From: an uncultured Planctomycetales bacterium
GTDB taxonomy: Bacteria > Omnitrophota > Gorgyraeia > Gygaellales > Profunditerraquicolaceae
Length of the DNA stretch: 64,000 bases
Assembly (NCBI GenBank): GCA_964427405.1
Contig: CAYRUB010000004.1
Coordinates: 4,236 to 68,235 of the forward strand
Direction of reading: 5' to 3'
The stretch's first letter is position 1; every line of letters begins with the position of its first letter. The notes under the pieces were generated by a model that worked only from the letters and a program-made list of their open reading frames with translations, ran no database searches and had not been told where the DNA came from. The position numbers and the translations under genes were made by a program. Below are positions 26,098 to 35,479 of the stretch, one piece after another.

Positions 26098-27420
26098 CTA
26101 TCCTTTACTACCGCTGCTACGCAATTTTTCCAGGCGCTCTTTGATTTTAGCTTCATGGCCTATATCCGTAGGTTCATAATAGCACACTTTCTTACGCGTA
26201 TATTTCTGTTTCACAAAATGATCCGGATAATCATGGGCATATTTATACCCTATGCCATGTCCTAACTTCTCCGCGCCGCTGTAATTAGCATCTTTTAAAT
26301 GATCGGGAACCTCTTGCACTTTATTCTCTTTGATATCCTGGCTGGCCCGTTCAATCGCTAAATAACTGGCATTTGACTTAGGAGCGCAGGAAACATAAAT
26401 AACCGCCTGGGCCAAAGGGATCCTGGCTTCAGGCATGCCAACGAACTCAGAAATCTGTAAAGCCGCATTGGCCAAAACTAACGCCAGGGGATCGGCATTC
26501 CCCACATCTTCAGCAGCTAAAATACAAACTCTGCGGGCAATAAAACGCGGGTCTTCTCCGGCATAAAGCATTTTAGCCATCCAATAAATCGCTGCATCAG
26601 GATCGGAACCGCGCATGGATTTAATAAATGCCGAGGCAGTATCATAATGACCGTCTTCATCACGATCATAGATGACTGCTTTTTTCTGAATAGACTCCTG
26701 GGCAATTTCTAAATTAAGATTAATCCAGCCGTCTTTCCCCGCTGCGGTAGTTAAGCCCCCTAATTCCAAAGCTGCCAGCGCCCTTCGGGCATCGCCCTCG
26801 CAACTCTTAGCTAAAAAATTAAGCGCTTTTTTATCAACCTTGATTTTAAAGTTGCCCAACCCTCTCTCTTTATCCTTCAAGGCATTATCTATCACACTTA
26901 ATAAGTCTGCTATCTGAAGCGCTTTTAATTCACAAACAATCGAGCGGGAAAGCAAGGCGGAGGTAAGTGAAAAATACGGATTATGCACTGTCGCCCCAAT
27001 TAATACCAGGCCGCCTTCTTCGACATCGGGCAAGAGCACATCTTGTTGAGCCTTGTTAAAACGATGAATCTCATCAATAAAAAGAATGGTCTTCTTCCCG
27101 CCTTCTCTTCCCTTTATTTTAGAGGTAGCGATAATCTTTCTTAATTCTTCAACGTTAGAAGTAGTGGCGTTTATCGCCACATAATTTGCCTGAGTAATAT
27201 TAGCAATACACCAGGCCAAAGAAGTCTTCCCGCAACCAGGAGGACCAAAAAGAATAAGCGAACTAAGCCGGTCAGCTTCAATAGCGCGGCGCAATAATTT
27301 TCCCTTTCCCAATATATGGTCCTGGCCAAATAATTCATCGAGGTTAGCTGGCCGCATGCGTGCTGCTAAAGGCAGATTCTTATCCTGGGTATTTAAAGTT
27401 TTTTGAGTGAATAAATCCAT
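26098..27420 (-). CDS. rarA: Replication-associated recombination protein A (MgsA/RarA)
   Basis: PLAARMRP, GPPGCGKT, FIDEIHRFNKAQQD, SAFIKSMRGSDPDAA, EDVGNADP. Confidence 0.96.
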   Translation of the reverse strand: MDLFTQKTLNTQDKNLPLAARMRPANLDELFGQDHILGKGKLLRRAIEADRLSSLILFGPPGCGKTSLAWCIANITQANYVAINATTSNVEELRKIIATSKIKGREGGKKTILFIDEIHRFNKAQQDVLLPDVEEGGLVLIGATVHNPYFSLTSALLSRSIVCELKALQIADLLSVIDNALKDKERGLGNFKIKVDKKALNFLAKSCEGDARRALAALELGGLTTAAGKDGWINLNLEIAQESIQKKAVIYDRDEDGHYDTASAFIKSMRGSDPDAAIYWMAKMLYAGEDPRFIARRVCILAAEDVGNADPLALVLANAALQISEFVGMPEARIPLAQAVIYVSCAPKSNASYLAIERASQDIKENKVQEVPDHLKDANYSGAEKLGHGIGYKYAHDYPDHFVKQKYTRKKVCYYEPTDIGHEAKIKERLEKLRSSGSKG

Positions 27421-27426
27421 AAAAAA

Positions 27427-27602
27427 ATCCCCGCAGGAGTGCCGTTGGATAGATAGTTTGAACCGTTGCTTTCAGGTGGGCGCCACTCCTTAAGCACACG
27501 TGCTTAAAAGAAGTATCGGCTCCCTTGAAAATAGTGTTGGTTCAATAATTATCAAATCTCCAACGTGCACCGCAGGGATATCTAAAAGAACTTTTTTATT
27601 CC
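27427..27602 (-). ncRNA. ssrS: 6S RNA
   Basis: Rod structure: closing stem ATCCCTGCGG/CTGCGGGGAT, GTGCACGTTGG/CCAACGGCAC, TTGAACC/GGTTCAA, GGGAGCC/GGCGCCC and a central bubble. It has its own promoter and sits upstream of rarA, a known synteny. Confidence 0.85.
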
Positions 27603-27608
27603 AAAAGA

Positions 27609-27638
27609 AGTATAGCACATATTTATGGTTAAAATCAA
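27609..27638 (-). promoter_or_regulatory. 6S RNA promoter
   Basis: TTGATT-N18-TATACT with an extended -10 TG. Confidence 0.65.
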
Positions 27639-27664
27639 TCCCGGATGCGCTTTTGCTATTTTTT

Positions 27665-29710
27665 CTAACGCAATTTTATACCAAAACGCTCTTCCAGCAA
27701 AGTGCAGATGGCATTATGTAGAGGAGCTACTTCTTCTTCGGTCAATGTGCGCTCAGGCGCCCTATAGGTGCAAGATACGGTTAGGCCCCTAAACCCTGGA
27801 GGAATCTGTTTACCCTGGTAATAATCCACAACTTTTGCCAAAGATAATAACGGGGCGCCTTTACCCTCTATTGCTGTAAGCAATTCTCTTATAGAAACTT
27901 CTTCCTTAACCACAAAACTTATGTCCCGGGCAATTGCCGGATATTTAGGAATAGTCGTAAACTTTTTTGCCAGGTTTATATGGGAGAATAATTTTCCCAG
28001 GTTTATTTCACCCAAAATAACCTGTTTATTTTTAATATCAAAAGAACTTAATATTTGCTCATTTAGACTCGCCATAAAACCTACTTCCTGTTGATCAATA
28101 ATGATACTTACCTGATTTTCCCCCCGGGGAGAGAAATCATAACTCTTAACCCCCAGTTTATTAAGTAAACTCTCTAGAATCCCTTTTAGGTGTAAAATAG
28201 TAACCTCATCCTTAACTAAGCCCTGCTTAATAAAAAATGGCCTGGCTCCGCATAAAGCTATGCCTAAAGATAATGCTTCCTCTGCAGAATCAGGTTTAGC
28301 GGAAAAAACATTCGCTACTTCAAAAATATTTATATACTCCTGCTGTTGATTCAAATTATAGGCCAGGGTACGGATAAGGCTGGGTAAAAGTGAAAAACGC
28401 AAAACCTCTTGTTCTTTACTCAAAGGGTTTAAAATCTCAACCGGCTGCGCATCCTTCTTAATCCCGGATTTTGCAAGCAGGCCGCGTTCAACTAAGCTAT
28501 AAGTAATCGCCTCCTGCAAACCTAATCCCTGCAGTATAATCTTTATGTCAGAGACAACTTCCCTGTTACTAGGTATGCTTTTGTGCGGCTTTACTGCAGG
28601 CAGGGAGAGCGGAATCTTCTCATATCCATAAATACGGGCGACCTCTTCCACTAAATCTATCTGTGTTTTTACATCTTGGCGAAAACCGGGAATTTTAACT
28701 GTTAGAATATTTTTACCCCGGACCTTTACAGTAAAGCCTAATCCGGATAAAATTTGTTTAACTTTCAAAACAGACAGGCTGATCCCTAATACCCTGGATA
28801 TATAATCCATTTCCAGGTTAATTGCTGATTTGGCTTGCCTGATTGACCCGAGGCTTTTATAAGCATAAGGTTTTCCAAAAGCTAAGGCGCTAATTAATTT
28901 CAGTGCGGAAAAAGTTGCGCTCTGGGCATTTTCCAAGTCCACTCCTCTTTCAAATCTATATGCTGATTCAGATTGCAGCCCTAATTTCTGCCTGCCCCGG
29001 CGCACAACAATAGGATTAAATACCGCAGATTCAAGCAGAATATTACACGTGGCGTCAGTTACCTCTGTATCTTTGCCTCCCATAACTCCGGCTATAGCCA
29101 CCGCCCTATTTTTATCCGCAATGACTAAAACCTCATTATCCAGTATTTTTTGCTGGCCATCGATAATAGTTATGCTTTCCTTTGGCCTGGCCCGGCGCAC
29201 ATGAATAGCCTGCTGGCTTAATTTATCCAAATCAAAGGCATGCAATGGCTGGCCTGACTCAAATAAAACATAGTTGGTAATATCCACAATGTTATTTACG
29301 CTGCGGCAGCCAAGCGATTCCAGTCTTTTCTTGAGCCATTCAGGCGAAGCAGCGACCTTAACACCGCGAATTATCATTGCGCTATAGAACGGACAATCCG
29401 TACTCTCGGCCACCGAAATCTCTACAGGTTTAAGGCCTTTTAATTTTACCGTCGGGGATTTGGCTGACTTAAGCCTTGAACCGGTAATTGCGCTAATCTC
29501 CCTGGCCACTCCCAGGATGTTTAACCAATCAGGCCGGTTGGAGGTAATTTCAATTTCAAAAACAAAATCCCTGCCTGCCGGACAGGCAGGCTTTCCCAGC
29601 TCTTCCAGGGAAACTACCTCTAGCCCCGCCATAGTTAATTTATCTGCTAATTCTTTAGGAGATATTTTTATATCTACAAAGTCTTTTAACCAACTGTAAG
29701 TTACTTTCAC
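27665..29710 (-). CDS. pheT: Phenylalanine-tRNA ligase beta subunit, short form lacking the B2 OB domain
   Basis: ITSNRPD, NNIVDITNY, RFERGVD, DLVEEVARIYGY, C-terminal anticodon-binding domain. Confidence 0.96.
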   Translation of the reverse strand: MKVTYSWLKDFVDIKISPKELADKLTMAGLEVVSLEELGKPACPAGRDFVFEIEITSNRPDWLNILGVAREISAITGSRLKSAKSPTVKLKGLKPVEISVAESTDCPFYSAMIIRGVKVAASPEWLKKRLESLGCRSVNNIVDITNYVLFESGQPLHAFDLDKLSQQAIHVRRARPKESITIIDGQQKILDNEVLVIADKNRAVAIAGVMGGKDTEVTDATCNILLESAVFNPIVVRRGRQKLGLQSESAYRFERGVDLENAQSATFSALKLISALAFGKPYAYKSLGSIRQAKSAINLEMDYISRVLGISLSVLKVKQILSGLGFTVKVRGKNILTVKIPGFRQDVKTQIDLVEEVARIYGYEKIPLSLPAVKPHKSIPSNREVVSDIKIILQGLGLQEAITYSLVERGLLAKSGIKKDAQPVEILNPLSKEQEVLRFSLLPSLIRTLAYNLNQQQEYINIFEVANVFSAKPDSAEEALSLGIALCGARPFFIKQGLVKDEVTILHLKGILESLLNKLGVKSYDFSPRGENQVSIIIDQQEVGFMASLNEQILSSFDIKNKQVILGEINLGKLFSHINLAKKFTTIPKYPAIARDISFVVKEEVSIRELLTAIEGKGAPLLSLAKVVDYYQGKQIPPGFRGLTVSCTYRAPERTLTEEEVAPLHNAICTLLEERFGIKLR
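29570..29590. repeat. 21-bp palindrome inserted in frame in pheT (PACPAGR)
   Basis: CCTGCCTG-ccgga-CAGGCAGG; removing it gives EELGKDFVFEIE. Confidence 0.75.
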
Positions 29711-29735
29711 CTTGTTACAACCCTCCGTTTAAAAT

Positions 29736-30749
29736 TTAAAACTGTTTCAAAAATCTCAGGTCATTCTCAAAAAACAAGCGGATATCATTGATCCCGTATT
29801 TTAACATGGCAATCCTCTCCACCCCCATACCAAACGCAAAACCCGTATATTTACCGGGCTTATAACCCACTTGCTTAAAAACATTGGGATGGATCATGCC
29901 TGAACCTAAAATTTCAAGCCAGCCCTTTCTGCCGCAAACAGAACAACCTTTGCCTTTACAAATGATGCAAGAGATATCTACTTCTGCCGACGGCTCGGTA
30001 AACGGGAAGAAATGAGGCCGGAAACGCATTTTGATATCTTCACCAAAGACACTTTTTACAAAAAGTTCTAAGATGCCTTTTAAATCTGCAAAACTGATGC
30101 TTTCATCCACTAAAAACCCTTCAATCTGATGAAACATAAAAAGATGGCTGGCATCCACGGCATCCGGACGGTATACCCTACCCGGGACAACTATTGCCAG
30201 CGGCGGCTTATGCGCCTTCATCACGCGCACCTGCACCGGAGAGGTATGGCTGCGCAACAAGAGCTTGGAGTAATTTTTTAAATAAAATGTATCGAATGCG
30301 TCACGCGAAGGATGGTCCAGGGGAATATTTAAGCCTGTAAAGTTATTATACTCCGTCTCGATTTCAGGCCCCTCGACAATTGAAAAACCCATGCGGTTAA
30401 ATATACCGCATATCTCATCTATGACCTGAATGATCGGATGACTACTCCCAAGCTCCTGGGCAATCCCGGGCAGCCCGATATCCTGGGTATTCTTATTTGC
30501 AGCATTGCTTTGAATTTTAAAGGTCTTTTCTTTTTCTTGAAAAAGTTCGAGCAACCTATTCTTTAAGGCATTGGCTTGTTTTCCAAATGGGCCTCTTTCT
30601 TCTGCCGGCAGAGCGCCAATTAAACCGGTCAGTTCCGCAAGTACCCCTTTTCTACCCAAATATTTAACCCGCACCAATTCCAATTCCTGGACAGAGGTGA
30701 CTACGGATAAATCATTTTCTACTTGTGTCTGAACAAGGTTAATATCCAT
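29736..30749 (-). CDS. pheS: Phenylalanine-tRNA ligase alpha subunit
   Basis: HPSRDAFDTFY, LRSHTSPVQ, FHQIEG, FPFTEPSAE, GFAFGMGVER. Confidence 0.97.
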   Translation of the reverse strand: MDINLVQTQVENDLSVVTSVQELELVRVKYLGRKGVLAELTGLIGALPAEERGPFGKQANALKNRLLELFQEKEKTFKIQSNAANKNTQDIGLPGIAQELGSSHPIIQVIDEICGIFNRMGFSIVEGPEIETEYNNFTGLNIPLDHPSRDAFDTFYLKNYSKLLLRSHTSPVQVRVMKAHKPPLAIVVPGRVYRPDAVDASHLFMFHQIEGFLVDESISFADLKGILELFVKSVFGEDIKMRFRPHFFPFTEPSAEVDISCIICKGKGCSVCGRKGWLEILGSGMIHPNVFKQVGYKPGKYTGFAFGMGVERIAMLKYGINDIRLFFENDLRFLKQF

Positions 30750-31210
30750 ATTAAAAGCAAGGCTCCGAATAAAATAAGACTTAAATTCTTTTTGTCCAGA
30801 TTCAATCTCTGATTAACTATTCTGCCATTTCCAAGCTTACGCGATCTCTGCGCATGGATATCCAGATCACCGCCGTGTTCAAGGCAGGCGCGATGGAATA
30901 TACCTACTATCTCCAGGCTGTCTCCCCGGATTTTATAGTTACCCGCAAACTTGATTTCTTTTGCCAGAGGAGCGCTCATCCATACGCCCAACGCATTTTC
31001 ACCGTCGCTTATATTAACCCAGGCAAACTCACCGCGCAACATTACATCCCCGATAACTTCGCCAGTATAAGTTATTAATTTGCCATCATATTCTTTGGCG
31101 TTTTTAATTAACTCACTACTGCTTATGCCTTGAGAAAAAACAGAAGAACTCGGATAGCTCATTAAGGCAAGAGATAAAATTATTAAAGCTAATTTAAAAT
31201 TAATTTTCAT
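30719..31210 (-). CDS. Exported OB-fold-like protein with a C-terminal TM anchor
   Basis: Signal peptide; YDGKLITYTGEVIG...GDSLEIVGIF; hydrophobic C-terminus. Confidence 0.6.
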   Translation of the reverse strand: MKINFKLALIILSLALMSYPSSSVFSQGISSSELIKNAKEYDGKLITYTGEVIGDVMLRGEFAWVNISDGENALGVWMSAPLAKEIKFAGNYKIRGDSLEIVGIFHRACLEHGGDLDIHAQRSRKLGNGRIVNQRLNLDKKNLSLILFGALLLIWILTLFRHK

Positions 31211-32709
31211 TTTCCTTTAATTATCGCAATCAAAAACCCGAGAATTGTAAACACTGACATAAACTCTAAACGTCCAGCCCACATCTGTATTATGTAGGTA
31301 ACCTTCAGCGCTGTAGGCATAGCAATATTAGTAATCCCGCATGATAATCCGACATTAGCCGCTGCAGACGTAGATTCAAAAAGAGCGTTTAAGAAAGGAT
31401 GGCCGTAAAACATACCAACTAGCGCACCCAAGCCATATAAAATTATATAAGCCAAGGTAATAATTAAAGCACTTCTGACCATCTTGTCCTCTAAAAACAC
31501 TTCTATGATGTGATGAAACCTTTCAATAATTAATGCTCTTTCGGGCATGATGATCCTTTTTAAATCTTCTTTAAAGGCCTTAAAAATAATTCCAATACGT
31601 AACATTTTAATCGCTCCGGTAGTGGAACATACTGCACCGCCTAAAGCCATGGCCATAATTACCCCTACTAATGCCAAATGGTTCCAATCTGTAAGAAACT
31701 GCTGCGCATAAATAGTCTGGAAACCTGTACCGGTGTGCCCTGAGATAAGCTGATAAAAACCTTTTCTAAAAAGAGTTGTTGCCGAAGGATAACTGCCAAT
31801 TTGCGCTAAACCCACGGCAATAATAGAAAAGGTGGCGATAATGGTAATAAAAAGTGTGCTAGTTTCAATATTCCTGAATATCTCTTTGCGGTTACCCATC
31901 CACAAATGATAATGTAGTTTAAAATTAAGCGCCCCCAAGATCATAATAATTATGGTGATAACTTCATATATTATACTGTGGTAATAAAGTATGTTTTGCG
32001 ACTGCGGGCTAAATCCCCCAGTGTCAAATGCCGCCATAAATATACATGCCCCGTGGAAAAAAGAATTAAGTGGTTTCATCCCGTTAAATATACCGGTTAT
32101 GCCTAAAGCAAGTGTACCTAAAACCAGATAAACAAAACTTACCATCCAGATGAACCTGGAGGTATGCACTACATTCGGCAGTATTTTTTCATCGCGTGCT
32201 TCTCCCACGTACATTTTAAATGCCCCGGAAAAACCACGCACAAAAAATGAGAGCGCAATAACCACTATGCCCTGGCCTCCGAGAAACATAATCAGATGCC
32301 GCCAAAGATTGTGAGTATAGGATATATGGTCGAGATCCTGCACTAAAGCTAGACCTGTAGTAGCAAATCCGGACATGGCATCAAAACATGCATCGAGGAA
32401 AGACTTCCAGTGACCGCTTAAATATAGCGGTATAGCACCCAGGAACATAGCCACGACCCAAGAAAGACTGACCACAATCATGCCCTGCATCCAGTTCAAA
32501 TCCTTATCGGTGTGGCAAACTTTAACCAGGAGTAGCCCTAAGAAAACAGATATTTCAATACTGATAAGAAAATCCAGGGTAGGATTAAATTCTCTAAAAC
32601 ATAACCCGGCCAAGATCGGGATGACCATGGTAAAGGCCAATCCCAGGATTATTTTTCCAAGATAGAAACCAATGATTTTTAAATCTTCCAGGCGGGGTTT
32701 AAGGATCAT
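31207..32709 (-). CDS. trkH: Trk potassium uptake membrane subunit
   Basis: Multi-TM protein; pore loops SGFATTG, FDTGGF, HTGTGF, ANVGLS; GRLE. Confidence 0.92.
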   Translation of the reverse strand: MILKPRLEDLKIIGFYLGKIILGLAFTMVIPILAGLCFREFNPTLDFLISIEISVFLGLLLVKVCHTDKDLNWMQGMIVVSLSWVVAMFLGAIPLYLSGHWKSFLDACFDAMSGFATTGLALVQDLDHISYTHNLWRHLIMFLGGQGIVVIALSFFVRGFSGAFKMYVGEARDEKILPNVVHTSRFIWMVSFVYLVLGTLALGITGIFNGMKPLNSFFHGACIFMAAFDTGGFSPQSQNILYYHSIIYEVITIIIMILGALNFKLHYHLWMGNRKEIFRNIETSTLFITIIATFSIIAVGLAQIGSYPSATTLFRKGFYQLISGHTGTGFQTIYAQQFLTDWNHLALVGVIMAMALGGAVCSTTGAIKMLRIGIIFKAFKEDLKRIIMPERALIIERFHHIIEVFLEDKMVRSALIITLAYIILYGLGALVGMFYGHPFLNALFESTSAAANVGLSCGITNIAMPTALKVTYIIQMWAGRLEFMSVFTILGFLIAIIKGK

Positions 32710-32822
32710 AATTTAAAATAGATTGCCAGACAGATTAATAAGGCTGCCAGCATGATAGAAAAAACGTATAGAAGTTCAGTAACAATACCGAAGACAATAT
32801 TTAAAGCAGGCTTAAATCTCAT
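32706..32822 (-). CDS. 38-aa single-pass membrane peptide, absent from the ORF track
   Basis: MRFKPALNIVFGIVTELLYVFSIMLAALLICLAIYFKL*; fills the trkA-trkH gap exactly, with an ATGA overlap onto the trkH start. Confidence 0.7.
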   Translation of the reverse strand: MRFKPALNIVFGIVTELLYVFSIMLAALLICLAIYFKL

Positions 32823-32824
32823 TT

Positions 32825-33487
32825 TTAAAACTTCCCGGCTAAAAGGCTTAATAGCTGAGGTTCATTGCCAACCAAGGTAAGCGCGATTACATCATCCCCG
32901 GGTTTAAGCACCGTATTACCCTTGGGCAGAATCACCTCTTCTCCGCGGACGATAGAAACCAGGACAGCGTCTTGAGGCAAAGTAATATCTTTTACTTCTT
33001 TATTAATCACCGGCGAATCACTGGGCAAATCCACGCGCACTATAGCGAGTTTGCCGCGCTTAAAACTCATTAAATTCACAAAATCGGAAAAGGAAACCTC
33101 TTCTTCAATAACTTTAGCAATAATCTTGGTGGAATCAACCGGCACATCAACCCCAAGTTCATTAAATGTATGCTCATTATCAGGGTTGTTCACTCGGCCG
33201 ACTGTGCGCTGTAGATTAAATTTCTCTTTGGCTAATTGGCAAATAATCAGGTTATCTTCATCCTCGCCGGTAACTGCAGCTAAAACATCAGCGCGCTCAA
33301 TCCCAGCCTCTTCTAGTATCTTAGGATCACATCCATCGCCATTAACCACCAAGGCCTCTAATTCCTTGGCGATTTCATCGCAGACTATGCGGTCTTTATC
33401 AACAATACTTACCGTATGTTTCCCCTGGCAGAGCCTTTTAGCTAAGAAATAGCCTACTTTGCCAGCGCCAATAATTAAAATATACAT
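32825..33487 (-). CDS. trkA: TrkA-family RCK protein (single RCK_N plus RCK_C)
   Basis: GAGKVG, GDGCD, VTGEDEDN, PKGNTVLKPGD. Confidence 0.9.
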   Translation of the reverse strand: MYILIIGAGKVGYFLAKRLCQGKHTVSIVDKDRIVCDEIAKELEALVVNGDGCDPKILEEAGIERADVLAAVTGEDEDNLIICQLAKEKFNLQRTVGRVNNPDNEHTFNELGVDVPVDSTKIIAKVIEEEVSFSDFVNLMSFKRGKLAIVRVDLPSDSPVINKEVKDITLPQDAVLVSIVRGEEVILPKGNTVLKPGDDVIALTLVGNEPQLLSLLAGKF

Positions 33488-33489
33488 AT

Positions 33490-34143
33490 CTACTTCTCCC
33501 CTAAATGGAACTTTTCCCTTACCCCTTGAAGGCTGGAAACTTTAACTACGCCCATTAAGGTGTCTTTGTTTTTTAAAACAGTCTTGGACTCAGGAATAAT
33601 AACCCCCTGCATCTTCTTAATTGCCACTACTATAAATTCTCCGGGAATATTTATATCCTGAATGGTTTTTCCCACCAATTCGTTCTTTACTTCAATTTCA
33701 ATAACTCCTAGATCCTTGGATTCAATCAGGTAACTGGAAAACCTGCTTTCAATTATTTTATCCCTTAGCATGGATGAAAAGAGCATTGTTCCGCTGATAA
33801 TATCCAAACCAAGGGCTGCGTAAATATGTGCCCGCTGCGGATCATATACGCGCGCAAAGACTTTAGGCACGCGGAATATCTTTTTGGCAACCTGGGCACT
33901 GATTAAATTAGTGTTATCTCCGTTAGTCACCGCACAAAAGGCATCCGCTTTCTCAATCCCCACCTGTTTCAAAAGCGCCAGGTCAAAACCATTGCCTACC
34001 ATAGTTAAACCATTAAAGGTGTCTCCGAGACGGGAAAAAGATTCCCGTGATTTATCAATGATCACTACATCATGACCCTCTCCAGACAAAAGCTTGGCCA
34101 GCTCTGCTCCCACCCTTCCGCAACCTGCAATAATTACATACAT
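33490..34143 (-). CDS. trkA: TrkA-family RCK protein, second paralog
   Basis: GCGRVG, GNGFD, VTNGDNTN, ARVYDP. Confidence 0.9.
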   Translation of the reverse strand: MYVIIAGCGRVGAELAKLLSGEGHDVVIIDKSRESFSRLGDTFNGLTMVGNGFDLALLKQVGIEKADAFCAVTNGDNTNLISAQVAKKIFRVPKVFARVYDPQRAHIYAALGLDIISGTMLFSSMLRDKIIESRFSSYLIESKDLGVIEIEVKNELVGKTIQDINIPGEFIVVAIKKMQGVIIPESKTVLKNKDTLMGVVKVSSLQGVREKFHLGEK

Positions 34144-34172
34144 AGATAACCCCTTCGCCTAAAGGAACAACC

Positions 34173-34520
34173 TTACTTCTTAATTATCTCAACTATCTTA
34201 TTGAAAGCAGGATTATCTCTTACTGCTAAATCTGCCAATATCTTGCGATCCAGATTAATCTTAGATTTCTTCAGGCCGCTCATAAATACGCTATAAGTAA
34301 TCCCGGATTGCCGACAAGCTGCGTTAATACGCGCAATCCAAAGTCTACGGAATTCACGTTTCTTTTTTTTACGGTCCCGGTAAGCATACCTAAGCGCATG
34401 CATCAATGTTCTTTTTGCCTGCTGGTATTGCTTACTGCGGTCTCCCCAAAATCCTTTAGCTTGCTTTAAAACCTTCTTCTTCCTCTTACGAGTTGCTACA
34501 CTGTGACTAGCCTTTGCCAT
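34173..34520 (-). CDS. rplT: 50S ribosomal protein L20
   Basis: [34 protein letters not shown]. Confidence 0.97.
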   Translation of the reverse strand: MAKASHSVATRKRKKKVLKQAKGFWGDRSKQYQQAKRTLMHALRYAYRDRKKKKREFRRLWIARINAACRQSGITYSVFMSGLKKSKINLDRKILADLAVRDNPAFNKIVEIIKK

Positions 34521-34543
34521 GTTTTCTCCTTTAGAACATTACC

Positions 34544-34744
34544 TTAACCATAAGGTAACATCGATTTGATAAATCTTACTTCTTTTTTTCCAGCAAGTGT
34601 TTTGCGTTTTCTTAAATTTCTTATTTTACTGGTTTTTTTTGATGAAGCTAAGTGGCTTTTGCCACCGGGTGAATATTTTACCTTACCTTTTTTGGTAAGT
34701 TTAAAACGTTTGGCTACCCCTCTTTTTGTCTTTAATTTTCCCAT
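34544..34744 (-). CDS. rpmI: 50S ribosomal protein L35
   Basis: MGKLKTKRGVAKRFKLT...MLPYG; AAGGAG SD before the ATG at 34744. Confidence 0.95.
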   Translation of the reverse strand: MGKLKTKRGVAKRFKLTKKGKVKYSPGGKSHLASSKKTSKIRNLRKRKTLAGKKEVRFIKSMLPYG

Positions 34745-34751
34745 TTTTTCT

Positions 34752-34948
34752 CCTTGCACAGAAAGTGCACACCGGCCCATCCATTTAGGCCGGGTGTTAG
34801 CCCGCAAGGGCACACCCACGCAATTTTCGCCACCTGGCGAACACTGACCCAATTCCTGTCTGGGTCAGGTGCCTTTACTGGCGCGCGGGGTGTTACTACC
34901 GGCGCGATGCTTATCAGCGTTTGGTGCTGATTAGCGCCGGGTGTTTTA
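34752..34948 (-). other. GC-rich structured intergenic region with three AACACCC-initiated hairpins
   Basis: GGGTGTT at 34792, 34888 and 34939, each closing a stem. Confidence 0.6.
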
Positions 34949-34955
34949 TTATATC

Positions 34956-35462
34956 TTATTTTGGTGAAATCACAAAGGACATAATTCTACCTTCTAGTGA
35001 CGGTGCCTTTTCTACTTGACCTTCACTCTGCGCATCAATAATAAATTTATCTAAAACCTTTCTTCCTAAATCTAAATGTTCCATCTGCCTGCCACGGAAG
35101 AAAAGATTTACTTTAACTTTATCTTTTTTCTTTAAAAAACTTACAGCTTGTTTAACCTTGGTCTCAAAATCATGCTCGTCTATATTCGGTTTAAGGCGGA
35201 TTTCTTTAAGACGACCCTGTTTCTGGTGTTTCTTGGCTTCGCGTTCTTTTTTTTCGAGGTCATATTTGAATTTACTGAATTCAATAATCCGGCAAACCGG
35301 CGGAGTAGCAGCTGGAGCAACCTCCACTAAATCTAACTCATGCTGGCTGGCAATCTCTAAAGCCCTCTGTGCAGACATTACCCCCAATTGGCTCCCGTCG
35401 TGGCCAATGACCCTAACCTGCGGCGAGCTGATCCTCTCGTTTATACGAATGAACTTTTTTAT
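34956..35462 (-). CDS. infC: Translation initiation factor IF-3, with a non-canonical ATA start
   Basis: RINERI, LDLVEV, KEIRLKPNIDEHD, FRGRQ. GAGGTG SD lies 6 nt before ATA at 35462; atypical starts are usual for infC. Confidence 0.95.
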   Translation of the reverse strand: MKKFIRINERISSPQVRVIGHDGSQLGVMSAQRALEIASQHELDLVEVAPAATPPVCRIIEFSKFKYDLEKKEREAKKHQKQGRLKEIRLKPNIDEHDFETKVKQAVSFLKKKDKVKVNLFFRGRQMEHLDLGRKVLDKFIIDAQSEGQVEKAPSLEGRIMSFVISPK

Positions 35463-35479
35463 AGCAACCACCTCACTTT

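Noticed and set aside
34745-34852. N-terminal extension of L35
   Set aside because: A strong SD precedes the ATG at 34744; the extension just reads through the structured intergenic region.
34752-34948. CRISPR array or integron attC sites
   Set aside because: The shared sequence is only 7-8 nt with irregular spacing. There are no cas or integrase genes and no proper RYYYAAC/GTTRRRY pairing.
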